Shown in pieces: positions 1 through 9,692 of a stretch of 64,000 nt of DNA. This DNA is from Candidatus Bathyarchaeota archaeon (lineage in GTDB: Archaea > Thermoproteota > Bathyarchaeia > Bathyarchaeales > Bathycorpusculaceae), in NCBI GenBank assembly GCA_963832745.1, contig CAWHVC010000004.1, forward strand, positions 203,604 through 267,603. The letters run 5' to 3'. The notes under the pieces are model-generated. The model did not search any database. It had not been told where the DNA came from and saw nothing but the letters and a program-made list of their open reading frames with translations. How positions within the stretch are numbered: the stretch's first letter is position 1; each line of letters starts with the position of its first letter. The position numbers and the translations under genes were made by a program.

Positions 1-2
1 AT

Positions 3-1094
3 GTTGCGGTTTTAACTGGTGTGCTTCTCATTATGGGTGGGGATACTCAGGCTAGAGAATACGCCGAGATGCCTTGGATAATTGATGTTCTTGTAGTCAT
101 TACATTAATTCTAATAGGAATCACAATAATTGGAACAATACTGAAACGGAAAGAACGTAAACTTTATGTGAGTTTATGGTTTTTCGCGGCTATTTTCCTT
201 TGGTTCCCCATAGTCTATTTCATAGGAAACGTAATGTGGAATCCTCCAACAGGTGCACTTTATGGCTTAACAGACGCCATCGTCAACTGGTTCTACGGAC
301 ACAACGTGTTAGGCTTATGGTTTACTCCTTTCGGGTTAGCTTTATGGTATTACTTTATACCTAAACTTACTAAAAGAGCATTATACAGCGTAACATTATC
401 GTTGATTAGCTTCTTTGCATTAGCGTTTTTCTACACTGGAGTTGGCGGTCATCACTTGCTTCAATCCTCAATTCCTGAATGGCTAAAAACAATCGCTGTT
501 GCAACAAGCGGTCTTATGATGCTTTCAGTTCTAACTTTCGCCACTAACATAGGCATGACAATGCGTGGCGCTTGGCATTCATTTTTAAGCAATGTACCTT
601 TAAGGTTCATTCTTTTCGGTTTTATCTGCTACATATTTGTCTCTATTCAAGGAACCTTTCAAGCACTTCGCGATATGAACCTCTACTTGCATTACTCTCA
701 ATGGACTGTAATGCATTCACATTTGGCATTATACGCATCATTCGGTATTACCATAATGGGCATAATGTTCTACGTTATCCCAAAAATTTCCGGAAAACAG
801 CTTTACAGCAAAAAATTGATGGATGTAACTTGGTGGGTTTCACTGCTTGGTTTTGTAATTTTCATGATGGGCATGTTACTGGCTGGATTAGTAGCTAACG
901 CAGGTTGGTTTACAAGTCAAACAATAGCGCAAGTTTTGCCACTGCTCCCTCCTTACTTTATTATACGAGCAATAGGCGGCGGAATAGTTGTTGTATCTGC
1001 TTTCCTGTTCGCTATTAACATTATAATGACAATTTTGTCCAAACCAACAGGTGAAGAGTTGACTAAACAAACAATGGTGGTGCAGCAGGCATGA
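3..1094 (+). CDS. ccoN: cbb3-type cytochrome c oxidase subunit I (C-family heme-copper oxidase), 5'-truncated by window edge
   Basis: Polytopic membrane protein; WFYGHN (helix VI His), YTGVGGHH (helix VII Tyr plus CuB His-His), WTVMHSH (heme ligands), YAEMPW and PPTGA-x-YG-x-TDA motifs; frame open from position 3. Confidence 0.9.
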   Translation, partial: VAVLTGVLLIMGGDTQAREYAEMPWIIDVLVVITLILIGITIIGTILKRKERKLYVSLWFFAAIFLWFPIVYFIGNVMWNPPTGALYGLTDAIVNWFYGHNVLGLWFTPFGLALWYYFIPKLTKRALYSVTLSLISFFALAFFYTGVGGHHLLQSSIPEWLKTIAVATSGLMMLSVLTFATNIGMTMRGAWHSFLSNVPLRFILFGFICYIFVSIQGTFQALRDMNLYLHYSQWTVMHSHLALYASFGITIMGIMFYVIPKISGKQLYSKKLMDVTWWVSLLGFVIFMMGMLLAGLVANAGWFTSQTIAQVLPLLPPYFIIRAIGGGIVVVSAFLFAINIIMTILSKPTGEELTKQTMVVQQA

Positions 1095-2677
1095 ATGGCT
1101 TCGAGAAAAAACTAGAAAAGAACTTTGAAAGAATAGAAAATGCTGTAACTAATCAAACAAAACATCGTAAAAAACTAAGCTTCAAAAATCTTTTCCCGTT
1201 AGTAGCTGGTGGGGTGGCTGTCTTCCTGCTTATGGTCAGCATGGTTGTAGTTGCTCCTTACATGTTCCTCTTAGATGTCCCCCCAACCGACACTGCACAC
1301 GTTTACACCACGCAAGAAGCTGAAGGCAGAAGCCTTTACATGAGTTTAGGTTGCTTCTACTGCCATTCTCAACAAGTTCGAGCCTCTGACTGGGGACTAG
1401 GCAATGTTTCTCAAGAAGGCGACTACGTGTATGACAGCCCGAACTCTTTAGGAACAGAAAGAACTGGTCCTGACCTTGCTCAAATAGGCGGTATGCGTCC
1501 AACTGCTTGGCATCAAATGCATTATAGAGATCCAAGAAGCGTATCTCCCGGTTCAATAATGCCCAACTTTGAATTCCTAACAGACCAACAAATCGATTCC
1601 TTAATCACCTACATACAGAACCTCGGTCAAGAAAACCTACAAGTTCAACAATCAATAACTAACGGCTCCGCCTATCACCCGGTAGTTCCTGAAGAATACA
1701 TAAACGCAACCAACCAGTTTGAACCAATGTATCTAACCGTTTTATCACAATATGATGCAACAAATGATGTTTACAATGGCAATGCCTCACTTGCAGATCA
1801 ATGGGCTGCGATTTATGACGTTGCCAAAGCCGATTACACCCAACGATGCTTACCTTGCCATGGCTGCTCTGGAAATGCTCAGGGCCCATACGCTCGGCAT
1901 GTGGTAACTCAACCCGCTAACCTGCATGAAAGAATCGCTACTTTTCCAGGTGATAACTATCATATCTGGCGAGTGAGTGAAGGTGTGCCTGGAACTGCAA
2001 TGCCTGCATGGAAGCTTTCTCTAAACAGCACCGAGATTCAGTTAATCGCAATTTACGAAATGAGCTTTGTTTTTGGTTCAGCAAGAACTTTTCCAGGAAG
2101 CACCTCAGACGATGAAGGCGACAATTACGCATTGACTGTTTTGAATACGCCGCCAATAAGCGGTACTCAGCAAGATTTCCAGTCAGGACAAGACATTTTT
2201 AATTTATACTGCGCTCAATGTCACGGTTCAGATGGTCAAGGTGACGGTCCAGCATCCATCAATGTTCCTGGCGGATATATCAGCCCTGCTCCAGCCAACT
2301 TTACAGAGTCAGGAAGCGACTTCCAATATTATGGCAGATACGTCTGGAAAGTAAAAGAAGGAGTAGAAACGACCAACATGCCACCATGGAAATACGCCTT
2401 ATCAGACAACGAAATCTACCAAGCAGTCTTATACGTTCAAAGCTTTTCAACAGCACAAGATTACAATTCAAAATGGGCACCACAATACACAGACCCCTAT
2501 GCAAGAAACCTCAAGATTAACGCTGCATCAAGTAGCTTCACAAGTATAGAAACTAACCCTGTTGCCGTAATAGCGGTATTGTCCGCTGCTGTGCTTTGGA
2601 ATCTGCAGGTAAATCGCCAAATTTTACGAACCAAAAATTTAACCTGTTTTTTACGTTTTAGGAGGAACCTGAAGTGA
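1091..2677 (+). CDS. ccoO: cbb3 oxidase subunit II (CcoO) fused to two further cytochrome c domains (triheme)
   Basis: N-terminal TM; GCFYCHSQQVR...GTERTGPDLA...PGSIMP CcoO signature; further CLPCH and CAQCH heme motifs with distal AMPAW and NMPPW Met ligands; ATGA overlap with ccoN. Confidence 0.88.
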   Translation: MNGFEKKLEKNFERIENAVTNQTKHRKKLSFKNLFPLVAGGVAVFLLMVSMVVVAPYMFLLDVPPTDTAHVYTTQEAEGRSLYMSLGCFYCHSQQVRASDWGLGNVSQEGDYVYDSPNSLGTERTGPDLAQIGGMRPTAWHQMHYRDPRSVSPGSIMPNFEFLTDQQIDSLITYIQNLGQENLQVQQSITNGSAYHPVVPEEYINATNQFEPMYLTVLSQYDATNDVYNGNASLADQWAAIYDVAKADYTQRCLPCHGCSGNAQGPYARHVVTQPANLHERIATFPGDNYHIWRVSEGVPGTAMPAWKLSLNSTEIQLIAIYEMSFVFGSARTFPGSTSDDEGDNYALTVLNTPPISGTQQDFQSGQDIFNLYCAQCHGSDGQGDGPASINVPGGYISPAPANFTESGSDFQYYGRYVWKVKEGVETTNMPPWKYALSDNEIYQAVLYVQSFSTAQDYNSKWAPQYTDPYARNLKINAASSSFTSIETNPVAVIAVLSAAVLWNLQVNRQILRTKNLTCFLRFRRNLK

Positions 2678-2826
2678 ATATTGACATGTTGATATATACT
2701 ATAGGCGCTTTTCTCATTACTCTAATAACGGCTGGTTTTGTAGTTTGGGCTTTCAAGACTAAACAGTTTGAAGCCAACGACTTTTTACGTTACATGCCAC
2801 TTGAGGAGGACGCAGACGAAGAATGA
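2674..2826 (+). CDS. ccoS: cbb3 oxidase assembly protein CcoS/FixS-like (50 aa, not in ORF track)
   Basis: Manual translation MNIDMLIYTIGAFLITLITAGFVVWAFKTKQFEANDFLRYMPLEEDADEE: TM, WAxKxxQF and acidic tail as in CcoS; AGGAGG upstream; overlaps both neighbours by 4 nt. Confidence 0.8.
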   Translation: MNIDMLIYTIGAFLITLITAGFVVWAFKTKQFEANDFLRYMPLEEDADEE

Positions 2827-3113
2827 CGTGGCCATTTTACTTAACTGCATATATTGTCTATCTTGATCCAACTTACGTTTACTTTACGTTATTCTTAATT
2901 GCAGCAGTTTCAATTGTCATCTACTTAGTTGTCAGAAGTTCGAACGATTTCTCAGTTGAAGAGACCGAAAAAAACTCTGAAGATTTTGCCGGAGAAGTTC
3001 GTGACTCAAACGGTCCAGTGACCAAATGGCTCTGGGTAGTTTATGCTGGATTAATAATTTGGGCATTAGCTTATTTGGTTCAGCATTGGAGCGAATTTGC
3101 GGTTTTCCCATAA
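2823..3113 (+). CDS. small membrane subunit resembling CcoQ plus the CcoP N-terminal (FixP_N) anchor
   Basis: Two TM segments; FAGEVRDSNGPVTKWLWVVYAGLIIWALAY resembles the FixP_N pattern GIxExxNPLPxWWxxxFYxTIxxAxxY; last gene of the operon, followed by T tracts. Confidence 0.65.
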   Translation: MTWPFYLTAYIVYLDPTYVYFTLFLIAAVSIVIYLVVRSSNDFSVEETEKNSEDFAGEVRDSNGPVTKWLWVVYAGLIIWALAYLVQHWSEFAVFP

Positions 3114-3175
3114 AATCTATTTTTTCAATTTCTACCTGCGCGCTTTTTTTGATTTCAGAAAACTAATAAATTGGT

Positions 3176-4501
3176 TTGTTACGTTACTTTCAATGGTGTC
3201 CTTGTTTGGTTACTGAAAAAGTTACTCGATTTTACGGCTGCCAATTAACCACTACTCATTCAGCAAAACAACATAAACTAAGCAAACTAATCGCTTGGCT
3301 TTCTGATAAAGAAGCGCCAGACCGAGAATTTATTTCTCTTTACATTCCCCCGCATATTTCAATAGAGCAAGTGGTAGCAAACATCAAAAAAGAAGCAGAA
3401 TCAGCAGTTCTTGACTCAAAAAACGCTACTGACCGCCTACAAACCGCAGTAAAAAACATGCTCCAACATGTCAAAGCAAAAACTGAGTTGCCGGAAAACG
3501 GCTTAGCCATTTTTGCAGGAACTTTCCTTGGGAATAACCAAGATAAGCCTGTTTTAAACGTGGAAGAACTTGTTCCACCTCAACCGATTGCGACGTATCT
3601 TTGTAAGGCCGATAACCAGTTCGAGTTAGAACCACTGAGGCAAATGTTAAGAGATGAACGTATTATTGGTTTGATTTCGTTGGATTCTAAACAGGCAAGT
3701 TTTGGGTTGGTTGTAGGTGAACGTTTTGAGCCTCTGAAAAGCATTTCTTCGGGGGTTATGGGAAAAACTGGTAAGGGTGGCCAAAGCCAGAGACGCTATG
3801 AAAGGGAACGTGACATGTCTATCGGTTTCTTTTTTCGCCGAATCGCAGAGCACGCGACAAAAGAGTTTCTTGAAAACCGCAGCATTACCTTGCTAATAAT
3901 CGGCGGGCCTGGACAAACAAAAAATGATTTTCTAAAAGGTGATTACCTAAATTACATGTTAAAAGATGCTCTTTTTGGCATGTTTGACGTTCAATCAGCA
4001 GGTCCAGAGGGCGTCAGGGAAATTTTTGAAAAATCATCTGATAGCCTAAAAAATGTTTGTTTGCCGGTTGAGCGGAAAGTTATGCAGCGGTTACAGATTG
4101 AACTTAACAAGGATGCAGGGTTAGCCATAACCGGTTTAGACCCAGTGCTTGAAGGCTTAAAAACTGGCGAAGTTGAAGTGGCACTTGTCACGGACTCAAC
4201 TGATCTGATACAAGCAGATGCTACATGCAAAAAATGTGGTTTAACAAAAAATGAACTGCTGCATAAGTCATACATTCAGGGTCTGCAGGAGTTCCTTTCA
4301 ACGCCCTGTACCCGTTGCAACGCAGTGGATTTCGAGTTGGCTGAAAAAGACATCATCGACGTCTTAGAAGACTTGGCTGCACAAACAAAGGCAAGCGTTG
4401 AAGTGATATTTACAGGGTCAGACGAAAAGGCGCAGCTTACTACTCTGGGCGGATTTGCAGCTTTACTAAGATATCGCTCTAACAATGAGGGCCTAGCCTG
4501 A
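3176..4501 (+). CDS. aRF1/eRF1-family peptide chain release factor paralog
   Basis: ISLYIP, ENGLAIF, GKGGQSQRRYER, GGPGxTK, CxxC...CxxC minidomain, LGGFAALLRY; NIKS absent; true start uncertain. Confidence 0.85.
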   Translation: MLRYFQWCPCLVTEKVTRFYGCQLTTTHSAKQHKLSKLIAWLSDKEAPDREFISLYIPPHISIEQVVANIKKEAESAVLDSKNATDRLQTAVKNMLQHVKAKTELPENGLAIFAGTFLGNNQDKPVLNVEELVPPQPIATYLCKADNQFELEPLRQMLRDERIIGLISLDSKQASFGLVVGERFEPLKSISSGVMGKTGKGGQSQRRYERERDMSIGFFFRRIAEHATKEFLENRSITLLIIGGPGQTKNDFLKGDYLNYMLKDALFGMFDVQSAGPEGVREIFEKSSDSLKNVCLPVERKVMQRLQIELNKDAGLAITGLDPVLEGLKTGEVEVALVTDSTDLIQADATCKKCGLTKNELLHKSYIQGLQEFLSTPCTRCNAVDFELAEKDIIDVLEDLAAQTKASVEVIFTGSDEKAQLTTLGGFAALLRYRSNNEGLA

Positions 4502-4555
4502 AAAGCGTTAAACAAAAAAAATAAAAGGGGATTATTTGGGGCCTATTTTTTTATT

Positions 4556-7153
4556 TTAGGGTTTTCTGTAGAGTAATGCGCCGACTATTGCTACAACAAC
4601 CATTACTGCTATACCCATAGCTACAATGGTCATTGTGTAGTCTGGTACCGAAATTTCCTGTTGCTGGCTTGATGGTGATGGTTGTGCTGCGCCTACCACT
4701 ACTGAAGTTGATGCGGAAGAGCTGCCGTACGAGTCGTCGCCCATAAAGGATACAATAATTTGGTAAGTTCCTTCCAAGTCTGGTGTCCAATCAATGCTGA
4801 AGGTTCCATAGTAACCGTTGGTTGTAACTTGGCCAATGTCTACTGTGTTTCCATTGGGATCAATAGCTGTGAGTATTACTTGAACGCCGTCTATTGTTTT
4901 ATTATTCCAGATTCCGCCAATTGGGTACTGTAAATGCAAGTACTCCATTTGTGTCGACATTGAATCTGCAGAAACGCACGGTGTGCCTGGCTGCGCTGGT
5001 GACATGTCTAAAACAGTGCCCTTGATTACTACTCCGTTGCCTTTTGCAATTACAATATCTGGAGCGGTTACGGTGGTTTGGGTTTCGCCTTTGCCGAAAA
5101 CAAATTCATAGCCGTTTCTTGAGTCAGCTGCGGCCAAGTATCCATCTGCTAAACCGCCAATTGCCATGGGGTTTGCTATTCGCCAAATTAGCTCGCCAGT
5201 TGTAGCGTTGATGCATAAAGTTCCCCAACCTCTTGTCAAGGGTTGGCTTTCAGTATGTTCAGTGTTGTATGTGTACATTTTGCCATCCACAATCTGGGCG
5301 CCAGTATTAATCGAGTATACAGTTGTTCCGTTTTTGTCTGTGTAAGGGCTTTCGTACATACTTAATGCATAGTCAACGTAATGCCAAACTATGCTACCAT
5401 CAGTCCAGTCAAAAGCGTAGACGCCGTCGTATGCTTCGCGGTATAACATGCCGTAAGCTGATTGTATAGCGTAGGCTCCGAATGCTGGCTCAGCCCATGG
5501 GTAATCCATTGCTTCACCTTTCCACGCTAGATTGCCTGTAGCTAAATCCCACGCCATAAAGTATCCGCCCATCATCAGGACTGCCACTTTGCCATGATCA
5601 GCTACACACACTGTCATGCTGTAGCAAGTATCTTTAACGGTTGTGTTCCAAAGTACTGCTCCAGTGTATAGATTGAAGCCTACAACGTTTGTTCCATACC
5701 ATGCGCCGACTTCCGGGGGTGTAAGTGACGTAACTGTTGCGCCATAACCTGTTTGCCAATCTATTAATGAAGGCAAACTAGCACTCGCATATGAGGTGTT
5801 GCTTATTATTCTTGAAGTAAAGTTAGTTGATGAACCTTTTGTAGTCCAGTTAATCAGCCGATAGTTAGGGTTAGCTGCGTTGCCAGCATTTTGGACACTT
5901 AAAACGTAGCCGTCCATCTGATTGTATAGTGTTCCACTGGTTAAAGGTGCAATTGAAGTATTGAGTGTCAAAGCGCCCGTGGCTGGATTCCATTTGTATA
6001 GACGACCGTTGCTTATTGTTAGCAACTCTATTGAGTAAGTTCCTACGGCTGCTGCTCCAGGTACTTCTAAGTTGCCACTTTGCGTGTAAACTATTGTGTT
6101 TGGCACTAAAGCAGTTGTGAACATCATTCCAAACATTGAAGCTGTCGTTGTTGCTGCAGGCTGTTCAAAGTAGACTTCTCCAGTGCGTAGATCACTACAT
6201 CGCCAATATGTTGCCCCGTTTTCTCCAGGTTTAGTATAACTGTCATAAACTTTTCCTGCATAAATCAAGTTAATGCTGCCGGGGCTGCTGGTTGTGGCTA
6301 AATTACCTGCTGGTCCACCGATTAAGCCTGCTATTGTATCTGAACGCTTCCAGACTATGTGCCCAGTTTCTGGTCCTTGAACCCATGGATGAAAATTGTA
6401 TTGTGCACTCCACATTGGATTGGTGTCTGGGTAAAGCATGTCCCACATTGGACCGCCACCTTGATAGCCTGTGCCTGGATAGTTGCCAAGTATTGGCCAC
6501 CATTCTCTATTTTCTAGTGCTACGGGTCTTGTCCAATAGTCTGTTGGTAATGGTGATTCAGGCCATGGCCAAACTGGGTCTTCTTGTACTGTTAGGGTTT
6601 GTTCTGCAGTTGAGCTTGGTTCGTAGTAGCAATCTCCGTTGAAGCTTACATAGCCTGAACCGAAAACTGCTCCTGGGTCTGCTGTGTAGTTTCCTGCCGG
6701 GAAGTATCCGCCTGGGAATTCAAATTTAAGTTTCCATTCACCGAGTTGGTCTGGTGCAAATTCAAACCAAGCGGTAGTGTCAGCTTCATAAGAATCCATC
6801 ACTCTTACGTCTGTGTGTCCTTGGGGGTCTGTGATTGTCACTTTGTAATCTGACATGTATCGGCTAACATGTGTTGCTGGGTTAAGCCAAACGTTGACTA
6901 GGACTGTTTGGCCTTTGCCGACTGGGTTTGGTCTAAAGCTTAGAAACGCGTGAGTTTCAATGGTTACGTCTGGAGTTATGCCTGATGCTAAGGGTCCTGG
7001 TATTGAACCGCCTTCTTGCAAGTTTGTTGGTGTAACGCCGGGTGGTAAAAAGGTTGATTGTGCTTGTGCTGGCGTTAACATTGCTATGGAGGAAATGATG
7101 AGAATTGCGGTGATAATCATTGAAAAGGTTGCTTTTTTGATAATTTTCTGCAT
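4556..7153 (-). CDS. large secreted, C-terminally membrane-anchored PQQ-like beta-propeller protein
   Basis: Signal peptide, repeated DxxTGxxxW blades, Ig-like C-terminal region, TM anchor ending YRKP. Confidence 0.75.
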   Translation of the reverse strand: MQKIIKKATFSMIITAILIISSIAMLTPAQAQSTFLPPGVTPTNLQEGGSIPGPLASGITPDVTIETHAFLSFRPNPVGKGQTVLVNVWLNPATHVSRYMSDYKVTITDPQGHTDVRVMDSYEADTTAWFEFAPDQLGEWKLKFEFPGGYFPAGNYTADPGAVFGSGYVSFNGDCYYEPSSTAEQTLTVQEDPVWPWPESPLPTDYWTRPVALENREWWPILGNYPGTGYQGGGPMWDMLYPDTNPMWSAQYNFHPWVQGPETGHIVWKRSDTIAGLIGGPAGNLATTSSPGSINLIYAGKVYDSYTKPGENGATYWRCSDLRTGEVYFEQPAATTTASMFGMMFTTALVPNTIVYTQSGNLEVPGAAAVGTYSIELLTISNGRLYKWNPATGALTLNTSIAPLTSGTLYNQMDGYVLSVQNAGNAANPNYRLINWTTKGSSTNFTSRIISNTSYASASLPSLIDWQTGYGATVTSLTPPEVGAWYGTNVVGFNLYTGAVLWNTTVKDTCYSMTVCVADHGKVAVLMMGGYFMAWDLATGNLAWKGEAMDYPWAEPAFGAYAIQSAYGMLYREAYDGVYAFDWTDGSIVWHYVDYALSMYESPYTDKNGTTVYSINTGAQIVDGKMYTYNTEHTESQPLTRGWGTLCINATTGELIWRIANPMAIGGLADGYLAAADSRNGYEFVFGKGETQTTVTAPDIVIAKGNGVVIKGTVLDMSPAQPGTPCVSADSMSTQMEYLHLQYPIGGIWNNKTIDGVQVILTAIDPNGNTVDIGQVTTNGYYGTFSIDWTPDLEGTYQIIVSFMGDDSYGSSSASTSVVVGAAQPSPSSQQQEISVPDYTMTIVAMGIAVMVVVAIVGALLYRKP

Positions 7154-7481
7154 TATTTGTTTTTCTCTCCTAAAAATATTTTATAAAAATCTATATGTTG
7201 CTTTCTCCTTTTAAGCTTTAGCGATAGCTTTAAATGCGATTTGCGCCAATTTCATGGGCATGTTTTGTATTTTAAGCGATGCAAATACTTTAAAACGTAT
7301 TTGCTCGATGTTAACCGGGTCTTGTTTTTGAAACTTAGCATATGCCTACAATTTCAATTGTTGATGTAAACTGTTCGAGACAACCCTTAGGATGAAAATT
7401 TTTCACCAGTCCATATCGTATCAATAGTTTTATAAGATTGGTTCATGCGTAAAAACTGCTTATGACTAGGGAGATTTCACC

Positions 7482-8156
7482 GTGAAAAGTATCAAAAACA
7501 TCCTCGTAGTTGGAGAAAAAAACATCTTCGGCGAAATTGCCCAAATCATAACTGTTGCCCAGGAAACAAACGAGATACTATATGAAATGCTCGGTGAATG
7601 TAAAAATGAGCAAACCCTTGACCAAGACATGCAAGCAATACGTGTCCTCGAGAAAAAATCTGACGACATCGCCTTCAAAGTTAACGAGGATATAACAACC
7701 GGCGCGGTTAGCCCAAGCATTATTGATAACCTTTTAAAATGCGTAGGCGTTGCCGACGATATTGTTGACAACTACTATTACCAGAGTCGCCAGCTTAGCC
7801 GTATGTGCAAAGCCAAATTTCCCTATTCCGATGCGCCTCAAGAAGCTGAATGGATTAAACTTTTCAAAACAATGCTGGATTTAGCAGGTCAAGCTTTAGT
7901 TAAAGTTAAGATGACCCTGTCCTTGTCTGACTTGTCTGAAATTTTGAAGCTTAGAAAGGAAATAGAAGAATTAGAGCAGCAGGGTGACGACATAAAAGAC
8001 AAGGGCTTTGACTGGCTCTACCATGAAGCCCCCCGAATGCATTACCTGCAATTCTACCATTACAGTGAATTGCTGCATAAATTTGACGATATCCTTGACG
8101 GTTGCGAAGACCTTTCAGACCTGATTTTATCAGTTATAACATCAATCCTAAAGTGA
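7482..8156 (+). CDS. DUF47 / PhoU-like phosphate transport regulator
   Basis: Duplicated helical ExxxD motifs (EKKSDDI, EQQGDDI, DGCEDLSD); directly upstream of a PiT transporter. Confidence 0.85.
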   Translation: MKSIKNILVVGEKNIFGEIAQIITVAQETNEILYEMLGECKNEQTLDQDMQAIRVLEKKSDDIAFKVNEDITTGAVSPSIIDNLLKCVGVADDIVDNYYYQSRQLSRMCKAKFPYSDAPQEAEWIKLFKTMLDLAGQALVKVKMTLSLSDLSEILKLRKEIEELEQQGDDIKDKGFDWLYHEAPRMHYLQFYHYSELLHKFDDILDGCEDLSDLILSVITSILK

Positions 8157-8163
8157 GATTGTC

Positions 8164-9066
8164 TTGATTCTTGAAGTCTTGCTTGTAGTTTTGGTTTTTC
8201 TTGCCGTTGCATTAGTTGCAGGAAATAATCTTTCTGCTTGTGTGGGACCTGCAGTTGGTGCACGGATAATTTCTAAACGTACAGGCGCATTGTTGGGACT
8301 TACAGGTTTTTCGGCTGGTTTAATAGTGCAGGGTTCAGGCATGTCTCATTCAGTGGCTACTTTGTTGCCTAACTCGACAATTGAGCTTCAAGTCATCGCG
8401 TTGCTAGTTGCTACTGCTATTTTTGGGGTTGCAAATTATGCGAGGGTTCCATTATCCTTAAGCATGTCGCTTGTAGGGTTGCTTGCGGGCTTATCATTTT
8501 CCCAAGGAATTACAACTAGTTTAACCTACCTTTCTGGGGTTGCTTCAATGTGGTTTATTGCTCCCGCGGTGGCAGCGCTCATCTCGTTTTACATGATACG
8601 AATCATAAATAAACGAAAAGTGATTGATATTTGGCGTAGAATACGTTTTTACAAGGCATTGCTAATCGTGCTCTCATTTACGACAGCGTTCGGTTTGGGC
8701 GCTAACACGTTGGGTTTGATTGTGGCAACAGCAGGCTTTAACCTAATAACTGTGGCTGTTGCTGTGGGCGGAATTTTTGTTGGCACATTTTATCTTGCTG
8801 AAGGTTCAATCCGTAGAATGTCACAAGAGTTTTACTTAATGCGGTATTCTAACGCTGTTGTTGTTCTTGCAACCTCAACAATTTTGGTGGAATTGGCGGC
8901 TTTTCTGAATATTCCGTTATCTAACACGCAGACAACTGCTGCAGCGGTTTTCGGAACCGGCGTTTCCTACAAAGCGAAGTTTATGTCGTTAAAACCATTT
9001 CTGGTTATCATTGCAGGTTGGGTTTTAGCGCCATTGCTCAGTTTCTTGATAGGCTGGATAATTTAA
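8164..9066 (+). CDS. PiT-family inorganic phosphate transporter
   Basis: GNNLSACVGP, GANTLG, PLSLS and PLSNTQ PHO4-type motifs; multiple TM helices. Confidence 0.85.
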   Translation: MILEVLLVVLVFLAVALVAGNNLSACVGPAVGARIISKRTGALLGLTGFSAGLIVQGSGMSHSVATLLPNSTIELQVIALLVATAIFGVANYARVPLSLSMSLVGLLAGLSFSQGITTSLTYLSGVASMWFIAPAVAALISFYMIRIINKRKVIDIWRRIRFYKALLIVLSFTTAFGLGANTLGLIVATAGFNLITVAVAVGGIFVGTFYLAEGSIRRMSQEFYLMRYSNAVVVLATSTILVELAAFLNIPLSNTQTTAAAVFGTGVSYKAKFMSLKPFLVIIAGWVLAPLLSFLIGWII

Positions 9067-9222
9067 GTAGCGTTAAATTTTAAGTTGTTTTAGGCAATTG
9101 TTATGTTGCTTTTTCTGGTTGCTGCTCTTTTTGAAACTGATATTTTCATGTTTATCACTGCCGATAAGCCGAGAAATAAGCCAGTTTTTATGGTGAGAAG
9201 ACAAAGCCGTCAGCATTGACGC

Positions 9223-9510
9223 TTATTTTTTGAGCATTTTTAGAAAGTCGTCAATTGGTTTTGCAGGCATGCTCATTATATGAACGGTTCCTCTTGAGCC
9301 TAACTCGATTGAGACGCGTGTGATTGTGTCATTGTCTGGAGCTTCGACTATGCTGACAAAATCGTATCTGCCGATTGTTGCATATTGTTCGAGGACTTTG
9401 GCGCCGAGTTTTTCAACTTCTTTATTAACTTCTTTGATGCGGTCAGGGCGTTCTTTGATTGTTTTTCTGCCTTCAGAAGTGAGGGTGGACATCATAATGT
9501 AGATTGCCAT
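9223..9510 (-). CDS. GYD domain protein
   Basis: YATIGRYDFVSIVEAPD motif, 95 aa. Confidence 0.85.
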   Translation of the reverse strand: MAIYIMMSTLTSEGRKTIKERPDRIKEVNKEVEKLGAKVLEQYATIGRYDFVSIVEAPDNDTITRVSIELGSRGTVHIMSMPAKPIDDFLKMLKK

Positions 9511-9692
9511 TAAAAATTCCTCAATTAAAATGAGGTTTCATAATGATTTAAGGTTTTTTACAATGGGTATTGTTGCTGTTTAGTGCCTGTTTGGTTTATA
9601 CTGTGTTGATTGGTGCGAATAATTTTTATTATTTATTGTTTGATATAATCTTAATTAGGTTAAGTGAGAAGTACTATATTGAGGAAGATTTT

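Noticed and set aside
3-1094. Nitric oxide reductase (NorB) interpretation
   Set aside because: Helix VII Tyr present, with CcoO and CcoS signatures downstream
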